Source: Dehalococcoidia bacterium
GTDB taxonomy: Bacteria; Chloroflexota; Dehalococcoidia; Lucifugimonadales; UBA3495
Reading direction: 5' to 3'
DNA: 64,000 nt
Assembly (NCBI GenBank): GCA_965232815.1
Contig: OZ247427.1
Location: 724,846 to 788,845, forward strand
Part shown: piece by piece, positions 55,100-63,037 of the stretch
Layout of the letters: each line of letters opens with the position of its first letter
Numbering within the stretch: position 1 is the stretch's first letter
The notes under the pieces: model-generated
What the model was told of the DNA's origin: nothing
The model's database searches: none
The model's input: only the letters and a program-made list of their open reading frames with translations
Position numbers and translations under genes: made by a program

Positions 55100-56577
55100 T
55101 GGGTTCGTCAATGTCGGCGGACTACCATCCCATCCCGCCGACTGGGAGCCATGCAATCATGCTCATCAAACGCACACCGGACCGCTACGACAAACTCCAC
55201 ATCCTCGGCGGTATGGCCGCCTCCGACGACATCCTCACCGGCGGCAAGCCCGACGCGGGACCGTCGTACGACCACAAATTCGCCAGCGGCTACGCCACCA
55301 GCGGCCCCAACCGCATCGCATACTCCGACCCCCGAAAAAACCCGGCTCCGGGCATCTACAAGTCCAGCTTGCCCAACGGCAAAAAGGTGAACCTCCTGCG
55401 CGTCATGTTCACCGATTTCTGCAAGATGGACTGCGCCTATTGCCCCAACAGCATCTACGTCCCACGTAAACGCTACGCCTTCAAGCGCGAGGAACTCGCC
55501 GACACTTTCATGGAACTCCACAATCGCCTCGCCGTCGATGGCCTGTTCCTCAGCTCGGGAATCGCGGGCGACGGCACCAGGACCACCCAGCACATGGTCG
55601 AAACAGTGGAGATCATCCGCAAGAAGCACGGATTCAAAGGCTACGTCCACCTCAAGGTCATGCCCGGCGCGTCTCGCGAACTCGTCGAACGTGCCCACAG
55701 CCTGGGCAGCCGCCTTTCCGTCAACATCGAAACCCCTGAGCCCGACATGATGCGACGCATCAGCCCGCACAAAGACTTGCAGAAGGATATCCTCGACCCC
55801 ATGGCCTGGATCAATGAGCTTACTGCGAACAGCAGTGGCGGCGCGGTCGGCCAGGCCACCCAGTTTGTCGTCGGCGCCGCGGATGAGTCCGACCGCCAGA
55901 TCTACAGCCGGGTCGACCAGATGTACACCGACTGGAACCTCAAGCGCGTCTACTACCCGCCTTTCCGGCCCGCCATGCACACACCCATGGAGGAAAAGCC
56001 GCCGGTCCACGCCGGCCGCGAGCATCGCCTCTACCAGATGGATTGGTTGCGTAGGGTCTACAACTTCGCGTCCGACGAAATTGATCTGGCCTTCGACCAC
56101 GGCGGCTTTCTTTCGCTGGAGCAGGATCCCAAAACGGTCATCGCCATGGAGAACCTCGACGCCTTCCCCATTGACCTCAACTCCGCCACCCGCGACCAAC
56201 TCTTGCGTATCCCAGGTATCGGCCCCGTCTCAACCGGCCGGATACTGGAAAACCGCCGTCGCCACACCATCGACAACTGGCGCGACCTCCAGGCCATGGG
56301 CGTCGTCCGCAAGCGCGCCTGGCCCTACGTCGTATTCCCGGGCCAGCGTCCACCGTCCGGGCGTCAGCTTCGCATGGACCTTTTCGGCGAGGCGCAGGAC
56401 CGCCGTGCCGCCGAGGCCGACGGAGTCAGCCTCCCGCCGCCCAAATCGCCAACCCTCTCGTCAATCATGGAAACTCCCGCGACCTACACCGCCGACCACG
56501 CCTGCATCCCCGGCAGCAGGGGAGCGATGTGCGCGGCTTGCCCGGTCATGCGTCCGGAACCGGCCCCTTCACCGTGA
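55093..56577 (+). CDS. Radical SAM protein of the putative DNA modification/repair type (TIGR03916-like) with helix-hairpin-helix
   Basis: The CxxxCxxC is in FCKMDCAYCPN. Other motifs are ..GLFLSSGI.., ..YVHLKVMPGAS.., ..LSVNIETP.., and the HhH ..DLNSATRDQLLRIPGIGPVSTGRILENRR... The start is uncertain (TTG 55093, or ATG 55099, 55111 or 55159). Confidence 0.75.
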   Translation: MNMGSSMSADYHPIPPTGSHAIMLIKRTPDRYDKLHILGGMAASDDILTGGKPDAGPSYDHKFASGYATSGPNRIAYSDPRKNPAPGIYKSSLPNGKKVNLLRVMFTDFCKMDCAYCPNSIYVPRKRYAFKREELADTFMELHNRLAVDGLFLSSGIAGDGTRTTQHMVETVEIIRKKHGFKGYVHLKVMPGASRELVERAHSLGSRLSVNIETPEPDMMRRISPHKDLQKDILDPMAWINELTANSSGGAVGQATQFVVGAADESDRQIYSRVDQMYTDWNLKRVYYPPFRPAMHTPMEEKPPVHAGREHRLYQMDWLRRVYNFASDEIDLAFDHGGFLSLEQDPKTVIAMENLDAFPIDLNSATRDQLLRIPGIGPVSTGRILENRRRHTIDNWRDLQAMGVVRKRAWPYVVFPGQRPPSGRQLRMDLFGEAQDRRAAEADGVSLPPPKSPTLSSIMETPATYTADHACIPGSRGAMCAACPVMRPEPAPSP

Positions 56578-56624
56578 TAAACTGCAATACACTTACGGAT
56601 ACCCCCGCACGAAAGGTTGACGCC

Positions 56625-56861
56625 ATGACGCCGTCTTACATCGACAGGATCACGATTGAACCGGGCAAGCGCAGCGGCCAACCCTGCATTCGCAACATGC
56701 GAATCACCGTCGATGACGTTCTGGAATACCTGGCCGGCGGAATGACCGAGGAAGAAGTCCTGGCAGATTTCCCCTACCTGGAGGCCGAGGATATTCTGGC
56801 CTGCCACGAATTCGACGCCCTCCGTAAAAAGCGCATCGTGTCCTTATCAAGGTACCAGTAA
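56625..56861 (+). CDS. DUF433-family antitoxin-like protein
   Basis: The inner ATG 56625. ..ITIEPGKRSGQPCIRNMRITVDDVLEYLAGGMTEEEVLADFPYLEAEDILAC.. is the DUF433 signature. Confidence 0.75.
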   Translation: MTPSYIDRITIEPGKRSGQPCIRNMRITVDDVLEYLAGGMTEEEVLADFPYLEAEDILACHEFDALRKKRIVSLSRYQ

Positions 56862-56872
56862 CGGCAATTGCG

Positions 56873-57205
56873 GTGAGGTTGCTCTACGATCACAACCTTT
56901 CGCCAAAACTGACGACGATTCTTCAAGATGTGTACCCACAGTCGGTGCATGTGTACTCAATCGGCCTGGAAAAATCTAGCGATGATGCGATTTGGGAATA
57001 CGCCAGAACCAACGGTTTGGTGATAGTCACCAAAGACGCTGATTACCTTGCCATCAGCGCTCAGCTTGGACATCCTCCGAAAGTAGTTCGCATTGGGTTG
57101 GGGAACGGCCCAACGGTCGTTGTCGCCGAGTCGCTTAGATTCCATCACCCTGAGTTGCTGAGATTTTTCGAAGACCAGGGCAGCGCTTTCATCGAATTGC
57201 GTTGA
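56873..57205 (+). CDS. DUF5615-family PIN-like putative toxin
   Basis: MRLLYDHNLSPKL...L......VH.......SDDAIWEYARTNGLVIVTKDADY.. fits DUF5615 (Mut7-C/PIN-like). It lies 11 nt after the DUF433 stop. GC is lower (48 per 100 nt at 56881-56980). Confidence 0.7.
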   Translation: MRLLYDHNLSPKLTTILQDVYPQSVHVYSIGLEKSSDDAIWEYARTNGLVIVTKDADYLAISAQLGHPPKVVRIGLGNGPTVVVAESLRFHHPELLRFFEDQGSAFIELR

Positions 57206-57308
57206 ACACACGCGCGGATCCTCTGCCAGATCACAGGCCCTCCCTCCGCGAACACATGCGCCTTTTGAACGGCAGCCCTGTCAACCGACCGGGCTCTGCA
57301 CATGACGC

Positions 57309-57317
57309 TGGTATAAT
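57309..57317 (+). promoter_or_regulatory. Candidate extended -10 promoter element TGgTATAAT
   Basis: TG-n-TATAAT is read at 57309-57317, 42 nt upstream of GTG 57359, which itself follows GGAGG at 57344-57348. No good -35 is present. Confidence 0.4.
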
Positions 57318-57358
57318 CCTGCCCACCTGATTGCAACGCCACCGGAGGCCACCACCCC

Positions 57359-58492
57359 GTGAAAAGCTACTACTTCTCCGAGTTTCCCTACCACGAATAT
57401 CCCGACGAAGAGGGCGACAAGTATCCATCCCTTCGTCTGACCTTCCCCAACACCTGGTTCAACCCCAACACGGCAAACGGCCTCTTCAAGCGCTACTTCG
57501 ACGAGTGCGTGTACGCCGACGAACTCGGATTCGACGGCATCATGCTCAACGAGCACCACAACACGCCGTCCTGCATGAACGCGGCCACCAACCTTTCGGC
57601 CGCCGTACTTGCCCGCATCACCCACCACTCCAAGATCCTCCTCCTCGGCAACATCCTGCCCATCCACGACAACCCGGTACGCCTCGCCGAAGAGTTGGCC
57701 ATGATCGACGTCATATCCGGCGGCCGCCTCATCTCAGGTTTCGTCCGCGGCACCGGCGTCGAAACCGTGTCCACCAACAACAACCCCGTCGCCAACCGCG
57801 AGCGCTTCGAGGAGTGCCACGACCTCATCATGAAGACCTGGACCACTCCCGGGCCATTCCGCTGGGAAGGCAAGCACTACAACTTCCGCGTGGTCAACCC
57901 ATGGATGGTCCCCATCCAGCAGCCACATCCTCCCATCTGGGTCCCGGGCACCTCGTCGCCCGAAACCGCCGAGTGGTCCGGCCAGCATGGGTACACCTAC
58001 GTCGCCTTCCTCACCGACCTCGATGTAACCGAGGAACTCTTCGGCATGTACACCCAGGCGGCCAACGCTGCCGGCCGAGAGGCCGTCCCAGACAACTTCG
58101 GCTACCTCCTCTGCTGCTACGTCGGCGACACTCAGGAGGAAGCGGACGAACAGGCCAGGCACTTCATCTGGCGGATGGGTCCCACCGTACGGGGCCCCCG
58201 CGAGTACATGGCTCCGGTCGGCTACCGTTCCGCCGCCGGCGCCGCCATCGCCGCCCGGCGCTCCGGCCTCAAGCCCCTCAACGTGCAGACCTTCGAGGAA
58301 CTCAAGGAGAACTACCACATCGTCTGCGGCACTCCCGACACCGTCCTCGAAAAGCTCGAATACCTCCACGGACGGCTGGGCATGGAACACCTCGTCTTCT
58401 ACGGACAGGAATCCCGCATGGGCCACGAGGCCACCATGAAAAACATCGGGCTATTCGGCAAGGAAGTCCTCCCCGTCATCCAGAAGTGGTAG
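57359..58492 (+). CDS. LLM-class flavin-dependent oxidoreductase
   Basis: ..FDGIMLNEHHNTPSCM.., ..GRLISGFVRGTG.E.. and an overall pattern paralogous to 50955-52079. GTG start. Confidence 0.8.
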   Translation: MKSYYFSEFPYHEYPDEEGDKYPSLRLTFPNTWFNPNTANGLFKRYFDECVYADELGFDGIMLNEHHNTPSCMNAATNLSAAVLARITHHSKILLLGNILPIHDNPVRLAEELAMIDVISGGRLISGFVRGTGVETVSTNNNPVANRERFEECHDLIMKTWTTPGPFRWEGKHYNFRVVNPWMVPIQQPHPPIWVPGTSSPETAEWSGQHGYTYVAFLTDLDVTEELFGMYTQAANAAGREAVPDNFGYLLCCYVGDTQEEADEQARHFIWRMGPTVRGPREYMAPVGYRSAAGAAIAARRSGLKPLNVQTFEELKENYHIVCGTPDTVLEKLEYLHGRLGMEHLVFYGQESRMGHEATMKNIGLFGKEVLPVIQKW

Positions 58493-58620
58493 GCATCAAG
58501 AGCGGTCCGGCCGCTTGTTCCACACGCCGGCCGCCGTGACCACCCTGCGCCAGCCGGCAGAGGCAGCCCGCATAGCCGCCCTCGCGACGCCGAGGCAGCG
58601 CAACCCAAGGATAAAGGCGC

Positions 58621-58657
58621 AATAAAACCACCGGGGGCGGGTAGCAAACCCGCCCCC
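58621..58657 (-). terminator. Rho-independent terminator after the usp gene (may act bidirectionally)
   Basis: A perfect 9-bp stem GGGGGCGGG-tagcaaa-CCCGCCCCC at 58633-58657. On the minus strand it is followed by GGTGGTTTTATT. Confidence 0.6.
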
Positions 58658-58687
58658 TAGACGTTACACCCTGTTCGCGCGTGGCCG

Positions 58688-59707
58688 CTACACCGCCAGC
58701 AGTTCCTGTTCCCGCTCTGCCCCGGCATCGCCGGCCGACCCCATGCGGACATCCCGGGGCGCAGGACCGCGCACCAGCAGCGTCGGCATCTGCGAATAGC
58801 GCACTATCCGGTCGGCCACGCTGCCCAGCAGGGCCCTGCCGATCCCGCGACGTCCGTGGGTGGCCATCACCACCAGCCCGTTATCCAACTGGCCGGTGAG
58901 TCGGATCACGGTCTCCGACGGAGTATCCAACCTGTGTACCGCCTCAACGTCAAACGCCGGATACTGTGCGCTCAGTTCATCTGCCTTCCGCCACAGGTAC
59001 GCTTTGGCCTTCTCCGATAGCCTCGCCGCCAGGTTATCCGGCTCAAGGTGCCGCATGGTTGCTAAGTCGTGGCCTGCGCCCCATTCGGTGTTCACGCGGA
59101 AGTATTCCGAGTCGGGCGTGGTTCGCACCAACGTCACCCGTGCTCCAAACGCAGCAGCCAGATCCTGGGCGTAAGGCAGCGCGTATTCGGCAAAATCGGA
59201 GCCGTCCAGCGGGACGATGATGTTGTCCAGGTGATGCGGCACCACGGGGCAGTCCCTTTCGTTGCACCGCGTTATGAGCGTCGGGTTGACCACCGCCCGC
59301 ACGACTTTCGCCGTGACACTGCCCATCAGCATGCGCGACAATCCGCCTCGTCCATGAGTGGACATTGCGATCATGGCGCCGGGCTGCTGCTCCGCCAGGT
59401 TGACGATCGCCTCGTGTGCCGGCCCCTCGCATGCCATCACGTCGATACGGGTGTCGACGCCTCGGCTTTCCAGCAACTGCTTTTCCGCCCGCAGCAACGC
59501 CGAAATCCGGTCGTGCTCCGCTTCCGCCATGGCGCCCCGAAAGCGTCCTTGCCCGGAGTTCGCCTTCCATTCAGGTATCGAATCGTAGGACCGCAACAGC
59601 GTCATCGACGCGCCGGACGCCTTGGCCATGATGCTGGCTGCGGGCAATGCCTGTGCCGACAAATCCGATCCATCCAGGGGCACGATGATGTTGTTGAACA
59701 GTTCCAT
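58688..59707 (-). CDS. Tandem-domain universal stress protein (2 x UspA)
   Basis: It has two copies of ..NIIVPLDGSD.AE.ALP.A...A......L... ending in ..MSTHGRGGLSRMLMGSV and ..MATHGRRGIGRALLGSV (the G-2x-G-9x-G-S/T ATP motif). Confidence 0.85.
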   Translation of the reverse strand: MELFNNIIVPLDGSDLSAQALPAASIMAKASGASMTLLRSYDSIPEWKANSGQGRFRGAMAEAEHDRISALLRAEKQLLESRGVDTRIDVMACEGPAHEAIVNLAEQQPGAMIAMSTHGRGGLSRMLMGSVTAKVVRAVVNPTLITRCNERDCPVVPHHLDNIIVPLDGSDFAEYALPYAQDLAAAFGARVTLVRTTPDSEYFRVNTEWGAGHDLATMRHLEPDNLAARLSEKAKAYLWRKADELSAQYPAFDVEAVHRLDTPSETVIRLTGQLDNGLVVMATHGRRGIGRALLGSVADRIVRYSQMPTLLVRGPAPRDVRMGSAGDAGAEREQELLAV

Positions 59708-60048
59708 GGCTACATCTCCTTATCTTGCGCTGACCGCGGATTTTCGCTTGTGAATCAATGCACATCGTATTACTTGATAACAATTATCTCTTTCACTAAT
59801 ATAATAGCACGTTGGCCTGTTTCCATCAAGGTCACGTCTCCCCGCCAACGCCCCAGCCGAGCTGGACTTCCGCTCCGAATCGGCGCCGGCGCGGCGCGAC
59901 CAGGCGCGGACCATGCCACCGTTCTGCCCCGGCATGGCGCTACGCAACCCCAGGACGTCCCTCACAAAGAAAACCCCCGACAGGCGTAACCCGCCGGAGG
60001 TTGCCGAGTGGAGCCAGTCTGGAGACGTGCCCCAGTCTGGAACTCTGG

Positions 60049-61896
60049 CTACTGACGCGGCTCAATCCACTCGTAGCCGTTGACGTTGCGAATATCACCG
60101 TAGAACAGGTTCTCGCTCCACGATTTGTCATCCAGCCGGGGTCCCACCGCCCATACCGCATCCCACATGTACAGGGAGGCGTAGATGGACTCGTCGTACA
60201 TGAACATGCCCGTCTCCGTCTCCAGCTTGGTGCGCTCGTCAAGGGTGACGGCGCTCTGGGCCCGGATGGTTATATCATCCAGGAAGGGATGGGTGTGCCT
60301 GACGAAGCTGCCCCGGTTCTGCAGGGCGTTGTACAGGCGGGCCGGCGTGTTCGACGGCGAAGTGGCGTGGTTGGTCGCCCCGTTGAAGGTCCGCCCGATG
60401 ACCGTGGGCCGGTAGGTGCCGTAGGGCAGATTCTGCAACTTCACGTCGATTCCGATGTCTTCCCACATGACGGCGATTGCCTCGGCGACTTCGACCTCGG
60501 CGGGCGCGCCCCGCAGCGCCGGCACCAGCGTGATGTTGAATCCTTCCTCTGCATAGCCGGTCTCGGCCATCAGCGCCTTGGCTCGCTCCAGGTCGTATTC
60601 CAGCATCGGGATGTCCGGGAAGCGATGGGCCGCGTAGCTATAACCGCCCACACCCACCGGCGACCGCCTGGCATAGCCCTGCAGCAGGGTCTCCACGATG
60701 GTCTGGGTGTCAATGGCCTTCACCATGGCCTGACGCACCTTCTTGGCCTGCTCCCACTCCGGTGAGCCTATTTCCGTATTGGAGGAAACCCAGGGCAGGT
60801 CCGGGTCGTAGGCGTTTTCTTGATCGTCGGTGCCCACGTTGAAGTACAACCCGCCATGGAAGTGCAGCAGCATCTCCCCGGCGGCCTGGTCCGGCACCTG
60901 CATCAGCCGGGCCCCTTCCATCGCCTGCACCAGGGGGATGGAATCGAAGGCCATTACAAAGGTGTCAAGGTGCCCGGTCTGGAATCCGGCCAGCCGGGTG
61001 GATTGCTCGGGGATTTCCTGAAATTCCAGTTCGTCAAAGTAAGGAGTCTGGCGCCAGTGGTCCTGAACGGCTTTCATCCGCCAGTATTGCGCCGGCCGAT
61101 GCTCGACAATTTCCCATGGACCGGTGCCCGCGATGTCTTTGTCCGCCGCTTCGATCCCAATTTCATCCGACTGCTTCTTGCTGACAATCCAGCTGGCAAT
61201 ACCGGATGGGACGCGGTGGAACTCAGACATGATCACGTCAGGCATGGGCTCCCCGGTGTTCACCATCAGGGTGTGGCTGTCCACAATCTCGATATTGCCC
61301 TCGGGATGATCCCAGAACCGCTGGAGGGCGCTCGCGCGAGCATGCTTGGTGTTGGTGATCCAGTGGGAATAGGAATACACCACGTCTTCGGCGGTCATTT
61401 CGCCATATCCCTTGTGGAACTGCACGCCCTTCCGAAGGTTGAAGGTCCAGGTCGCGAAGTCGTCCGAAATGCTCCACGACTCGGTCAGCAGCGGTTCCGC
61501 CTCCAGGTTACTGTTCCACTGCATCAGGCCCTCCACCACCGGAGCAGTGGAGATGACGAACAGTTGCGGGTTGACCGAATGCGCCGGGTGGCCGCTGAAT
61601 ATGTTGATCTCCTCCTGGCCCATGGTTATCTTGCCCGCCGGTTCCATGGCCATCGTCTGCTGTGATGTGGCCTCGGTCGCAGCCGGCACGGCCGTGGGCG
61701 CAGCCTGTGCGGGCGCTGCCGTGGAATCGCCGGCGGCTGCCTGGGGCGCTTGCTGCTGGACGGCCATCGCCGTCGGTGCTGCTTGCCCCGCCTCCTCCGC
61801 CGGAGCGGCGCCTCCACAGGCGACGATCACCGCCAGGGCTGCTGTCGCCAGGGCCACCGCCCAGAGGCTCCTCTTGAAAACGCTAAAACGATACAT
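60049..61896 (-). CDS. Family-5 (peptide/nickel, DppA/OppA-like) solute-binding lipoprotein, orphan
   Basis: The inner ATG 61896 has GAGGAGG 8 nt upstream. The signal plus lipobox is MYRFSVFKRSLWAVALATAALAVIVACGG, followed by an Ala/Gln/Pro-rich linker and then the SBP_bac_5-like body. No permease or ATPase genes are adjacent. Confidence 0.75.
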   Translation of the reverse strand: MYRFSVFKRSLWAVALATAALAVIVACGGAAPAEEAGQAAPTAMAVQQQAPQAAAGDSTAAPAQAAPTAVPAATEATSQQTMAMEPAGKITMGQEEINIFSGHPAHSVNPQLFVISTAPVVEGLMQWNSNLEAEPLLTESWSISDDFATWTFNLRKGVQFHKGYGEMTAEDVVYSYSHWITNTKHARASALQRFWDHPEGNIEIVDSHTLMVNTGEPMPDVIMSEFHRVPSGIASWIVSKKQSDEIGIEAADKDIAGTGPWEIVEHRPAQYWRMKAVQDHWRQTPYFDELEFQEIPEQSTRLAGFQTGHLDTFVMAFDSIPLVQAMEGARLMQVPDQAAGEMLLHFHGGLYFNVGTDDQENAYDPDLPWVSSNTEIGSPEWEQAKKVRQAMVKAIDTQTIVETLLQGYARRSPVGVGGYSYAAHRFPDIPMLEYDLERAKALMAETGYAEEGFNITLVPALRGAPAEVEVAEAIAVMWEDIGIDVKLQNLPYGTYRPTVIGRTFNGATNHATSPSNTPARLYNALQNRGSFVRHTHPFLDDITIRAQSAVTLDERTKLETETGMFMYDESIYASLYMWDAVWAVGPRLDDKSWSENLFYGDIRNVNGYEWIEPRQ

Positions 61897-61927
61897 ATCC
61901 CATACCTCCTCAGAAATCTGGGCGACT

Positions 61928-61945
61928 GGTATTCCGTCGAATACC
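61928..61945. promoter_or_regulatory. Palindrome GGTATTC-cgtc-GAATACC just upstream of the SBP start
   Basis: Exact 7-bp inverted arms lie 32-49 nt upstream of ATG 61896 on the minus strand. This could be an operator or a 5'-UTR hairpin. Confidence 0.25.
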
Positions 61946-62482
61946 GCGGACAACGTTTGGGCGCAGGGGCCGATTATGTAAATATGGTTAGGGATTGACT
62001 GCGGTCGTGGTCGCGGCCAATCATTTCCAGAACGGCGTTGGCGGGGTCAGCAGATCGGGCGAGAACCACGGTTCAACCGACACTGGCCGGTCATAGCCCG
62101 ATTCGGTTCTGTCCCTGCGTACGCGAGGCGAGATCCGATAGCGGGCTCCGCGTTCTGCCACCCCGGTGGCGGTATTCACCATTTCTGTACGCCGATGCAA
62201 CGGCTTCCAACTGGTCTTGCGTTTTTGGATCGGTATTGCAGGTTTACGAGAGTCGTTTGATCAATCCCGGCCCACTAACTCAACGAAATTCGCCCCAGAT
62301 AGCTTAATATATCCCGCTTTATTGGTATTGTATAGCCAAATACTTTTGATTATCGTCAACGATAGTTATCATGTAAACGAATTACGTCGCAACCATGCGC
62401 CATCATCATCGCGGTCTGCATCATGCATGGACCAGCCAACAAGCAACCGCCCCGTTTCCCCGCTTCCCGCGTCCGCATCCAC

Positions 62483-62516
62483 AAAAATATCGGGGGCGAC
62501 CGTGCTGGTCGTCCCC
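62483..62516 (-). terminator. Rho-independent terminator after gcvH
   Basis: On the minus strand, GGGGACGACC-agcac-GGTCGCCCCC (9 bp plus 1 bulge) is followed by GATATTTTTGT, 46 nt after the gcvH stop. Confidence 0.6.
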
Positions 62517-62562
62517 GAGTGCCAGTCGCAGCGCGCGCCGCGACCTCTATGTGTGCGCAGTT

Positions 62563-62949
62563 TTACAATTGACCGATATATTCGTCGTAGGCCGCCGCAT
62601 CAAGCAGTTGGTCCAGCTCCGCCGCATCGCTCATGCTGACGCGCAGCATCCAACCGTCCCCGAAGGGATCGTTGTTCACCAGCTCCGGCTCCTGGGCCAA
62701 TCTCCCGTTGACCTCTGCCACTGCTCCACTCACCGGCGAGAACAGGTCCGATACGGCCTTCACCGATTCAATCTCACCCATCTTCGCCAGGTAAGCAACC
62801 GGGTCGCCCACCGCCGGCAATTCCACGTACACTACGTCGCCCAACTGGTCCTGCGCGTAGTGCGTGATGCCGACCAGCACCGTGTCAGACCCATCTTCAG
62901 ACACGACCCACTCGTGCTCCCGGGTATATTTGCGGTCGTCGGGATTCAC
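62563..62949 (-). CDS. gcvH: Glycine cleavage system H protein
   Basis: ..KYTREHEWV......V.VGITHYAQDQLGDVVYVELP.VG.........GEIESVKAVSDLFSPVSG.V.EVN..L...PELVN.DP.G.GWM.. contains the lipoyl-lysine motif ESVK. GTG 62949 gives the family-typical 128 aa. Confidence 0.9.
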   Translation of the reverse strand: MNPDDRKYTREHEWVVSEDGSDTVLVGITHYAQDQLGDVVYVELPAVGDPVAYLAKMGEIESVKAVSDLFSPVSGAVAEVNGRLAQEPELVNNDPFGDGWMLRVSMSDAAELDQLLDAAAYDEYIGQL

Positions 62950-63037
62950 TTTGTCCAATACCTCCGTGATGTCTGTGGTGGCCGCGGGCAGCCCGCGCCA
63001 TCCATCTATGATGCCACATCCAGGGCGCAACGCCCCG

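Noticed and set aside
57331-58539. 402-aa Arg/Pro-rich ORF in an alternative frame of the LLM gene
   Set aside because: The composition (runs of R, P and H) is characteristic of an off-frame translation of GC-rich coding DNA. The +1-shifted frame (57359..58492) gives a clean LLM-family protein.
61954-62562. Glycine riboswitch associated with the gcv genes
   Set aside because: gcvT and gcvH are on the minus strand and gcvT's 5' end lies beyond position 64000. Any glycine riboswitch would therefore be outside the window, and this gap is downstream of gcvH.
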